Below are positions 53,173-64,000 of a stretch of 64,000 nt of DNA, piece by piece. Position numbers and translations under genes: made by a program. The notes under the pieces were generated by a model. That model was not told the DNA's origin, searched no databases, and worked only from the letters and a program-made list of their open reading frames with translations. Source of the DNA: Octopus vulgaris (Eukaryota); contig OX597818.1 in the NCBI GenBank assembly GCA_951406725.2, positions 13,454,001 to 13,518,000 of the forward strand, written 5' to 3'. Numbering within the stretch: position 1 is the stretch's first letter; every line of letters starts with the position of its first letter.

Positions 53173-55477
53173 TTATAGTGTAAAAACAAAATCTGCAAAA
53201 TCTCTACATATTACATATTGAAGCAAAACTGATAGGTACATAAAGAAATGTTAAGATACCACATACTAAGCCTAAATGAATATGAATACCCAACTGGTAG
53301 TTTACAAATTTGAGGTTTGATATTCAAATTGTTCCGAGTAGTACACGTAGACGAGAGCGTAGAGAGCATTACACTAAGTAATTGATGCCTTCAGATTGCA
53401 GATGGTTGTTTTAGAATCTTTAATGTTCCAGCAAATTGAACTCAAGAAATAAAGCAAGGAAAATATACCAAATATGAATTTCGATAAATATAAGTGAACA
53501 ATACATCTGTGTATGCTACAGAGGATATAATAAGGATGACTATGAATTGTAAGTTTGACTCATTCAGTGGATGACTCCGCATTATCATAATGAAAGACAA
53601 ACCTGTGCTCACCAGAACACGAATCTAGGAAGAAAGAAATCGAAAAAGCAACCTTTCGAAATTTCTGACGATTTTCCAGTCGGGTGTTTTACACAATTAT
53701 GATCACAACTTTTTACACATCGAATGTCAGTAGCAGACACTTTCCGTATGTTATATCTCTATAGATATGATAACAAATTAACATTAGAAATTATGTCTCA
53801 AACGCTCTGATTAAAAATTACTCGCTAACTTTGACTTATATGCAAGATGTAAGTGCCAATTTCCTCAATATATCTCCGTCTCTTTTTCTGTATATATATA
53901 TTGTTGCTAAATTTGCGGATATTTTGTGTCTGTATTTTCAAGAAAATCATGATATATTGGTAAACAGCAGACGGTATTGAAGAACTTCCCACAGAGAAAA
54001 TAATCAGCGTTTCTAACTCGATAGAACAAAAATGTTCTTACCAGATCTCGTCAAAGTGTAATGAAAATAAAATCCATTGCTATTATTTTCTGTTATCTAG
54101 GACTGATGTGGTTATGACAATCAAGGTATCTTAGCTTTCGAGCAACAATAGGAGGATGCTCGTTGCAATAGAATCGCCAAGAATGTGGCGAGGCAAAGAA
54201 TAGGAGTCATGAGGCCGCCCTTAAGGTTTTAAATAATTAAAAGGTGAAATACTTAAATGAAGGACTTCTCCGAAAACCTTCTGCTATTCGGAGGTCCCTG
54301 AAATGCTTTTTAATATGTGTGTGTGTGCGTGTGTGTTTGATTTTTTGGGTGTACATACGTAACTATATGTATGTATGTATATATACATAGACACATTCAT
54401 GCATATGTGTACGTTTGAAGGCACGTGACCTAGTTGTAAGACGGACGAAATGCCTCCAAGCACTTCGTGTGGCGTGCTAACAGCTCACCGCCTTATACAG
54501 ACTGTTAACTGGAAATTAATTTATCAAAATAACATTCAACATTTAAAAATAATGTTATTCTTAGGGAACTCTTGTAGCTAGAGTACAAGACCCTCTCACG
54601 AGAATAGACGGGACCAATACGTATAAATAGTAGCAGTCTGACGTAGTCGGGGGGACCGTAGTATGGTCTTCAAAGTCAAGGTACAGTTTACATTTCGAGA
54701 TTGTTGTTTCATAAATGATTATTGGTTCGTTACGTGTTTTAATACTGCCGCTGTTTCTATTTTGTATTGTTATAGCACTACGGCAATATGAACCGCACAA
54801 CGATATTGGAGGATATAACAGAAACATATTACAATTGTTATTAAAATTAAGGCATCGACCTGCTAAAACTTGTAAGTTAGGATAACATAGCCGTGTATAT
54901 TCTGCCTATTTACGCGTACGTCCATGCATATTTCAACTGTCTCTTTCTGATTCGATACAATAAAATCGTAGTCCAGTACTGGGTTCGATATAATTGATTT
55001 ACCCCCTCCCGCAGACTGCTGCCCTTGTGCCAAAATTAGAAAGTAGTAAAATTAGTTCTGCAATGGTTTCTCTTAATATATTCCTATGGGTTCCACGATA
55101 TTCCGAAAATCTTAGAGAAGTTTGGCGGCAAAATATATACGGGAACCAATCAATTCACTTATTTCTTATTTTTTGTTTGAGACAATTTCTAATGTTAATT
55201 TCTTAATCTTGCAAGCCAGTGATGAAAATTATTTCTGCCAGGAAATTTATGATACCTGTTTGTTTGTTTGTTTATTTGTTTCTTTCTTTTTTTCTGTCTT
55301 TAATTTGAACTACATAAGCAAATTTGTCCTTTCTTTTAATTTTTGAAACTACGAGATGTAATTTCAGGTTCTGTTTGACTGTTATTTTAGCGGGCGCAGC
55401 ATTCATATAGCGGTTTACGGTTTTAAAAGTTTGATAAAGTGCTCTGTTGGATTCTTGGATTGAGTAGCGAATTTTGC

Positions 55478-55565
55478 TCTTGAACAAATCACTTCATTTC
55501 ACGTTGTTTCAGTCTACTCAGCTGTAAATAGATAACCCAGTACGGACTAGCCTTCCGATTCAGGT
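55478..55565 (+). mobile_element. CORE-like SINE fragment
   Basis: CTTGAACAAATCACTTCATTTCACGTTGTTTCAGTCTACTCAGCTGTAAAT resembles the CORE motif CCTTGGGCAAGTCACTT..CTCAG... Confidence 0.5.
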
Positions 55566-56101
55566 GCATTTTGGCCTGCCTGGTTTGGTAGTAAGGTGGA
55601 ATCGTTCGAAAGTTGAAACGATGCAAAGCATGTGTTTAAACCAGCGATGTGAATGAATATCCGTAGTGTTGGTGATCATTTGATCACGTTAATTGTATGT
55701 ATCTTTTCTGTCGGCGGGCAGACATATTCTCATTTCTAACAGAGCCGCACAATATTGTTAAGTATATTGGTATAAACATTCACATAACACAGTGTGCAAC
55801 TTTGAGTTTTTTCCACCAAAGTCAAACTAATTTATTATATTACATGATTACACTCACTCACTGAGACAAAGGCAAGCACACATAGGCACGCGCATATAAA
55901 CACATAAACCTACCCACTCAAACACGCCTATATCTATGCACATACAGTCACATACACGTGCGCACACACATACCTACATATAGGTAGATAAATAGATAGA
56001 TAGATTGATAGGTATACATATATATAAATACATACACACACACATATATGTATATATATAGATATAGATAGATATAGATAGATAGATAGAGAGAGAGAGA
56101 C

Positions 56102-56149
<48 letters not shown>

Positions 56150-56757
56150 TGAGATAGAGAGATATATAGATAGATATTAAGTATGCAATATAAAATTCTA
56201 TTTCTAAACAAGATCACGCAAATAGGCAATGCCATTTACATTGACATATATGGCATGGAATATGGATATACTCACAGACAGGGGTGTTGGTTTTCTTCAC
56301 AGACCTTCGCAATCAATTGGTCTGAAGCTTTATATTCTATTCACTTGTCGTAAGCAAACTGGAGTTATTTGAGATAAGAAGTTTGTCTATGTATTATAAA
56401 TTTCCACTCTGGCTGGAAATGAATCCCTCGTCTCTTGTATATGTCTACGTTTACAATACATCAAGGAAGAGAATTGTATTACATGTCAGTCTCTTGTCAT
56501 AACACAGTTGGTTAGAATATTACAAATTAAATTTCGCAGAGTTGAACGGTTATTATAATTGAATATGATTTTATGTCTGTTCCAAAAGAGGAATTTAAGA
56601 AAGAAACTCATGTAAAACGCACGCGCATTCAATTAAAGAGCTAATCAGCAATTAGATAAATATTTCTGGAGCCATGCAACTACAACAGAAATTTACATTA
56701 TTATCAGAATATATTTCACAGAAAGACACACACACATTTATGCACACTATTATCTTA

Positions 56758-56995
56758 TAACTTGTTACAGTTATTAACTGTGGCCATGCTGGGGCACCGA
56801 CTTCAAGAATTTTTAGTCTAATAAATCCAACCCAGCTGTTATTTTTTCTTTAAGTTACGAGGACGTAAATACACCCGTGGTAATGGGTGGCAATCCCCTT
56901 CCCTCACATATATATATATATATATATATATATACAAATGTCTTCTTTCAGTTTCCATTTACCAGATCTATATATAGTAGAAGACACATGTGCCT
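56758..56995 (-). mobile_element. SINE family 1, degraded
   Basis: ACTGTGGCCATGCTGGGGCACCG..TAAGTTACGAGGACGTAAA..CTTCTTTCAGTTTCC..TATAGTAGAAGACAC. Confidence 0.7.
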
Positions 56996-57466
56996 AATAT
57001 TGTGTGTACGTGTGTGTGTGCATGTGTGTGTGTAGTCACTGATTCTAGTAGGAGTCTCACGGAATTCTACAATATCCTAATAATTAAATTTGAATGAGTC
57101 ATGAAATCAGAATTTGAATCCTGTCAATACACTGAAATTACTCATAAATCTAATATATTTAGTCATTTAATTGTTTATGTTCAGTTAAATTATGTTTCAA
57201 ATTCTGTTATCATTGTCGACATAATAGTGACATATGTTAACTTCGAAAAGCTAAGGTCTTCAGAGAAATGAATTGCCTACCTAATACACACATTAACGCA
57301 TACAATCCTTAAACAGGAAGGAAATCTTTTGTTTTCTTTTTCAAATTCGGCATGTGATAGTGTCTTTTTTATCTACATTTCAGCGACTGAGATTTATTTC
57401 TTTATTAGGATTCAGATTTCTTTCTTACAGGAAGAATTCAAATAATTAATGACAGAAGACATTAAT

Positions 57467-58680
57467 TGCGCGCTCTGATCAATAAATATCCGGACTGGTG
57501 CTATAAAAACAAAATTACAGCACGTAACAATTGCTCATTTAATCTCCTTCAAAGTAGTCCGCACACTTAATCCACCACCTTTTCCATTGATGGAAGCATT
57601 CCTGAAACTCGTTTTCTGGAATAATCAACATCTGCCTCGTCGCATTCTGTTTTGATTTCCTCGACGTCTTGAAACCTTTATCTTTTCAAGTGGAATTTGA
57701 ATTTTGGAGAGAGGAAAATGTCGCTAGGGGCGAGATCGGGGGAATATGGTGGCTGTCAGAATTGGGGAAAGCTCTGCCTAGCCAAAAACTGCTGAATTGG
57801 AAGATGCGTTGTCATGATGCAATTTCCACTCACCGGACGCATGCACTTGAAGACTTTTTCGACAAATAGCATCCCGCAAACGCTGTTTACTGTCTGATGA
57901 GGTGGAGATACTCATGATGAACAATCCCTTTGTAGTCGAAGAAAACAGTCAACAGTGTTTTCACACTGTTTCGACTGAGCATTTATTTCGGTGCCATAGC
58001 CATAGACCCACAATTCATCACCCGGTATGACCATTTTAAAAAAACGTCTTCATCATTCTCCATACAATCAAGGAGATCTTGTGCAACTGAAGCATGAATG
58101 TCATTTTGATTAGCTGAAAGCAGTTTGGCACAAATTTTAACAGACATGTGTCTCTTACTCAAATCTTCAATGATAATGGACGGAACGGAACTGTAACCGT
58201 AACTAATCTGCACATCCTTTGATAATTCATGGATGTTGATTCGATGATTTCCCCCTACAGCTGCACGCATATCTCCGATGATTTTCGCAGTTCTGCTGGT
58301 TGCGGGTCTTCCAGAACGTACTTCACAATCGACACTTTTCGACCATCTCGGTAACGTTTAAACGATTCGTACACTTGTGTGTGGCTCATACACTCCTCTC
58401 CATACATTTTCTGGACTATTGCGTACTCACTGAGTGGGTGTCACCCAGCGTTTGGCAAAATTTTCTCTTTTCAAATTTTTCTGTCATAGTCAATGCTATG
58501 ATCACATGCTACAAACGTTCCTCCCAAGTACTGCTGTCAACAGCAGAGGGGAGCTATAACACTAAAACTTACTGCACATGCATAGATTTCAATGTCGATC
58601 TTTGGCAAGCGGCTTTACTTTGCATGCTTTACCTTCATTAATATGGCAACAGTCCGGATACTTATTGATCAGATTACATA
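57467..58680 (-). mobile_element. Full-length but decayed mariner element with TIRs
   Basis: TIRs TCTGATCAATAAATATCCGGACTGGTGCTATA (57474-57504) and TATGGCAACAGTCCGGATACTTATTGATCAGA (58642-58673). ORF remnants RINIHELSKDVQISYG..EDLSKRHMSVKICAKLLSANQ..AQDLLDC and PDLAPSDIFL.PK.K. Confidence 0.92.
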
Positions 58681-58764
58681 TTTCAAATATATGTATGAAT
58701 GTGTATATAGATATACATAAATACATATATGTGGACATATATATCTACCTGGCCTTCTATCTCC

Positions 58765-58842
<78 letters not shown>

Positions 58843-60611
58843 GTATGTGTGTGTATGTATGTATACATATATGTATATGTATGCATATATATATATATAT
58901 ATATATACACTTCTACACGCTAGGAAGCTGACAAAGTACCGGCACAATAAAGACTAAGCAAGTTGATCTAAACATATAGTACTCAGATCACAATATGAGT
59001 GTAGTTACATATTTTCGCTTATAACCCGTACGCCCGCACACAAACACACACGCACACACACACAAACAGACACACATATCCAGAAACACACTCACAGTTA
59101 GACGCACATACATACATACACAAACTCACACATTCAAACACGTTCACACTCACATACGCGTACACATATTTCTGGGTGTTTAGGAGCGTGTTAAGCGGTC
59201 TGCTCGTTTGGCGGATTTCAAAGTTCTTGAAAACAGCTACGTTCAACAAATGCACTGCTCACTAAGGTACTCTAGCTCAAATGACCCGGCCGGGACACGA
59301 CATACTTTTTCAACGACCATCCCAACCCTCATATCTTTGAATATTTGGAAAATTGTTATTCAAGAGCTTGGTGGAGAAATGCTGTTACTTTTTGCAATAT
59401 TTTCTTCATATAGCGCCTTTGAATTATTATGTTTTCCCTTTCCTTGCTAGCATTTCTTTATATTACGATAACCAATCTGAAGCTTAAACCAAATAGAAAC
59501 CGATAAATAATTACCAGATGTCAATTTTATCAATTATAACAACTTAAAGTGGTTTTCAACTCCTAATCGCTGGTTAATGATTGAACCAAATAGAACAGTA
59601 TGCATTATTTGTTTATATTCATATTTATTCCATTGAGAAACGTAGTGCGTACTTTACTTAAATATTCTCTGACAACGGTATAATTAACACTTAATTTCAA
59701 TCGTTCAATCGTTCCCTATACATGATATGTATATGTATGTATGTGTACCTCTGTATGTGATTGCATAAAATATTAAATACTTTGTCTTACAAATAACAAA
59801 TTATATATAAATATTATAATCCGATAGAGTTACATGAAAGCAGGTTACAGGTGATGTCGAGACGGGAAAAAAATCTTCAGTATTGTGTCAGACAAAATCG
59901 AATTCTATATTCTAAAAATATCATTATCAAGTGTGGAAAAGGATAAAAAGAAACAAAGTGATTAAGCTTAAATTTCAGTAATAAAACATGAAAAAGGTGA
60001 GAAAATTTTAATTTCTAACTGCCTCAGACTAATATGGTATTTCATTTGATTCACAAAAAGTACTGTTTGAAATGAGTGGAAGAAGGCAACGAAAGGAAGA
60101 AAAGACGAATGCAGGATACAAAAAAAAAAATTAAAATAAAATAAAATGAATGGCTAAAGCACAAAGACAGACTGAAGAAAATGAAGGTGGAAAGACATGA
60201 CTAAAATAAATATGAAATTCGCAAACAACGAAAATTGAACGACAGTAAAGAAATGACAGAAAGTGATGGAATAAGAGAACAAAAACATTTGAATATAAAG
60301 AAAAGGACAAGTCAAAAGAAATCAAAGGAAATGTATAATTAAAAGAGTGAGGAATGATTTAAAAAATAGAAAATATTTAAAAATTGCTCAAGTTACTTTT
60401 ACCAGATGCTGTTGATATGTAACTTCTGGATAAAAAGTTTTGTTTTTGACAAATGAGTACAATGTAAAATAGACATTGTATTCGAACAATTATTATCTAG
60501 CAAAGACAGTTATATTTTTGCAGTTAAATGATGACAATTAAAATTATTTCAATAAGCCAGCAGATTATTCGAAACAGACCAGGATATATTCCTCTCTACT
60601 ATAACTGTATA

Positions 60612-60801
60612 TTCTAAAATTTTGGCGTATGGGAATAGTCGATTTCATCGACACCAGTGCTTAACTGGATTTGTTTTATAGACTCCGAAATAATGAAAGG
60701 CAAATCTACCTCGGTGTAATTTGAACTGAGAACTTAGAGGCAGACGCAATGCCGCCAAACAGTGTACCCGGCATGCTAACGATTCTGTTAGCTCGTAGCC
60801 T
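60612..60801 (-). mobile_element. SINE family 2
   Basis: AGTCGATTTCATCGACACCAGTGCTTAACTGG..ATGAAAGGCAAA..AATTTGAACT..GCTAACGATTCTGTTAGCTCG. Confidence 0.82.
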
Positions 60802-62639
60802 CGGAACAGACCACGAAATATTAAAAGCACTATCACTGGGTTTAATTCGATTCTATCCAAAAAAGCCTTTCGAATACTTTCTATCCGAGTTGTCTGGACG
60901 AATGTCATGTCAAATGATTTAATTGTAAGTTGTTATATTATATTTTGTTTAGAATAATCATTCGTTTCTATTTTGGCTGTAAAAATTATATGCGTGTGAA
61001 TAAAATGATTCCAGAAAAAAATTAAAACTCTTGTTAATATTTGGTTGGATATTCAACTTAATGAATTATTTATGCCACATAATTTTTTTATCTGTATAGA
61101 TTTCCTCGACAAGTAAAATATTTGGATTTGCTCACCATTCCGCCTAATAATCTACTGACTTTAATTGTTTAATGCGATCTTTATAAAAGCGACGCCCTCC
61201 TTAAAGTTTATCTATGCTTGTTACTATCTGGATTTCAATTTCATCAATGCATAGTTAAAATTATTTATATAACATTTTATTTGTCTTATGAATTTATACG
61301 GTCTCAATTTGGTGTGCTGTTTAAGACGACAATGGACTGCATTGTTTTTAACCAAAATATTAAAAAAAATTACTTCTATCCTTTAAGTATTTCGGGATCT
61401 CAACACAGACTGATGAGACCTGTACTAGTGCCACGTGAACGAGGACTAGCTATATATATAGTTGAGTGGTCGGTGAAAAACTGCCCCTCCTCACACAAAT
61501 ACACAATTCAGTAGCTAGACATTTTTTGGGGCAGAGTGACGAGACACCTAATAGGATTGAAAACAAGACTTGTCGATGAATGGACAATCACATTTCAGGT
61601 AAACGGACATACAATTAAGGAAGTCAGTGGCAAACCACCTCAATACTTCTTAGCGAACATATTAAGGTAGTTTGTGAGTACGAAGTAACGCTAGAGGATT
61701 TCATTGGATGGGAGAATTTGTGCTTGATGGAGGAATACGCTAGTGCGCTAAATTCAATGAGCTGAAACGTACAATACATAACGACGACAATATAATAATC
61801 GTTCGTGTGTGTATCTTAAATAAAAAATATTCAACATATTGAATTTCATCCACCATTATAGGATTTCGTTTGTGTAACAACTATTTATTAAAAAAGCGTT
61901 GCTCACACCTAAGCCTCATTGAAAACGCACGTGGCCACATCTGGACAATTCCGTCTTTACTAAGTATCATTTGTGTAAAAAAATGTTTCTATCCCAAAAT
62001 TGTTAATACTTGAGTGCATCACGACTGAATCTGTGTTAGCTAAATGACAATTTTCCAGTATTACTTTTAATAATATCTATTTCGTAACCAATCTAATGTT
62101 GAGAAGCTATTACTGGAAAGAGGAATGTGTCAAGCTTTTCTATGTCTAACAATCATGCAGTCAATGGTCAAACCGAACACATACACATCTATTCTGTTTG
62201 ATTGATATGAATTCATATATTCAGAGATACTAGAAAAAATATCTGAATGATTCCAAATAAGTTAATCAGGGTTGGGTTCTAGAAATTCCACTCTTATCTA
62301 ATTCTTATCTAATTAGTGATAGTAATATATTTCGCTTTACGATAATTACGCATAGTTGGCGTTGTGCATTATTTATAGATTCTAGTGATTCTCTTGGATA
62401 AATAAGTGGTTTTATCTGAGTTGTAAAGATATTCAGTCTCATCCTATGAAATCTATACATAACCTGAATTATCGTAGCTATTCAGGAGTTTGGAGTCCGA
62501 TTTATGATTTGCGCAATTTAACATTACTAAAGAGATTAAGTGGATACTTTTTAGATGTGTGCTTCTCTGTCTACAATATTTATTTCTATCGCTACCAATA
62601 CAAAGTCTTGTTGTACTAGTAGTCACATTATCTTTGTCC

Positions 62640-63250
62640 AAGATGGTGAACTGGCAGAAGAATCATTAGCACATCGGACAAGAAACTTTGCTGCATTTCG
62701 TCCATGTTTGCGTTCTGAGTTCAAATTCTACTGTGGTTGACTTTGTCTTTCACCATTCCAAAGTCGATAAAACAATCGACTTACTCCCTTCCCTGAAATT
62801 ACTTTCGTTTCGACCAAATTTGAAGCCGATATCATATTACATTTAGAACGGTGAGGTGGCAGAATCGTTAACATGCCGGGCAAATGGTTTCGCAGTCTTG
62901 CGTCCGTCTGTACTTTTTGAGTTCCAATTGCCCCAACGTTGTTTTGCCTTTCATCCTGTGAGGGTGTTAAAATAAGGACCAGCTGATCACTGGGGGGGGG
63001 GGGGGGTCTACGTAATCGACTTACATGCATCCCCAAATTGCTGTCATTGTGCCACAATTTGAAACCGATGTTATATTATATCTATAGTTGGCGAGTTGAC
63101 AGAGTTATTAGTACGCCGAAAAAAATGCTGCTACGCATTTTGTCCATCTTTACGTACTGAATTCAAATTTTGAAGCCAAAATCTACTTTGTCTTTCATAT
63201 TTCCAGTGTATCAGTTAAAGTTGGGGGCAATATGATCGAGTATTTCGTCC
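62640..63250 (+). mobile_element. Three head-to-tail SINE family 2 copies
   Basis: Heads at ~62640 (AAGATGGTGAACTGGCAGAAG), ~62846 (GAACGGTGAGGTGGCAGAATCG) and ~63085 (TAGTTGGCGAGTTGACAGAG), each with a GAGTTC/AATTC box and CTTTCA motif. Confidence 0.82.
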
Positions 63251-64000
63251 TTTAAACAGACCTTGAGTCAATGCCGACCTTCATTCAAAATAAGAAAAGA
63301 TTATTAAATTACATTTATTAAAGCCGATTTAATGTTGAAAATCATAGATACCGACTTTCGAACAATGCTTGAACAATGAAAAATACGTATGTATTTTCAT
63401 GAAAAATACGTATGTTTTTTTCTGTTTACATTAAAATAATAATTTATTCATTTTTTCGAAACATTGAGAGGTATTAAATAAATAGTCGGGCAAACTTGGT
63501 CATTTTTACCCCTTATACAAGGCTTTTGTTTTTAACTAAAAACTCAACATACTGTTTACAACTACATCAACTTCGAGTCCTACCGTTAAAACGACATTCA
63601 TTTATATATTTATTTGTTTTATTATTTATTATAAGTCACGTCTACGTTTCTGTTTCTTTTTCTCTTATTACTTATTTTTCGCCTTCCTTTGTTCTCTGAT
63701 TTTATCTCCGTCTTTCCATTTATTATATTCATTATTTTCACAGGTGTCTTCCTTTCTCTTCGCACATTTTGTTATTTCCGATCACGTCACTTTTGTTTAT
63801 ATTGCATTCATTCCAGCTTATAGATTTTGATGGATCAATAAAACTGCAATAATATTTAGTGAAGGTTAAAACTCAAATCTGTTTCAACATAATCTTCCTC
63901 TTTTATACATTCACGCTTAAACTTGACTTGTATTCACTTTCGGCCTCTTATAATTAAATTTTCCATGATATTTTTCAAATGGTTGTCGTTATTTCAAGTA

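Noticed and set aside
61405-61450. CTGATGA suggesting a hammerhead (also CTGACGA at ~36808)
   Set aside because: No properly placed GAAA, stems or UH site.

Overview
AT-rich, repeat-saturated animal DNA with no recognisable host protein-coding gene, rRNA, tRNA gene or CRISPR array. The repeat set is typical of an octopus (coleoid cephalopod) genome; this taxon call is inferred from recalled repeat families and was not searched. It includes (TA)n/(TG)n/(TAA)n microsatellites, two tRNA-derived SINE families and a TAA-flanked ~460-bp repeat. Nearly every informative ORF is a decayed transposon: Tc3/Tc1/mariner and maT-like transposases, hAT MITEs, R4/Dong-clade LINEs (RT + CCHC + restriction-like endonuclease), L1/Tx1-like LINEs and several Penelope-like elements (RT + GIY-YIG). 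The most interesting signals are structural. (1) Seven to eight minimal type-I hammerhead-ribozyme-like motifs sit at Penelope termini, including recurring non-canonical cores and two inverted terminal pairs. (2) There is a 90-bp-stem near-perfect palindrome. (3) There is a ~280-bp, ~99% identical inverted duplication with a template-switch-like tandem duplication at its border. (4) One R4/Dong element is an in-frame mosaic, and several R4/Dong 3' ends are stacked in one TAA microsatellite. (5) A hairpin loop is flipped between two tandem copies. Boundaries of decayed elements are approximate. I found no intact, clearly novel multi-gene system.
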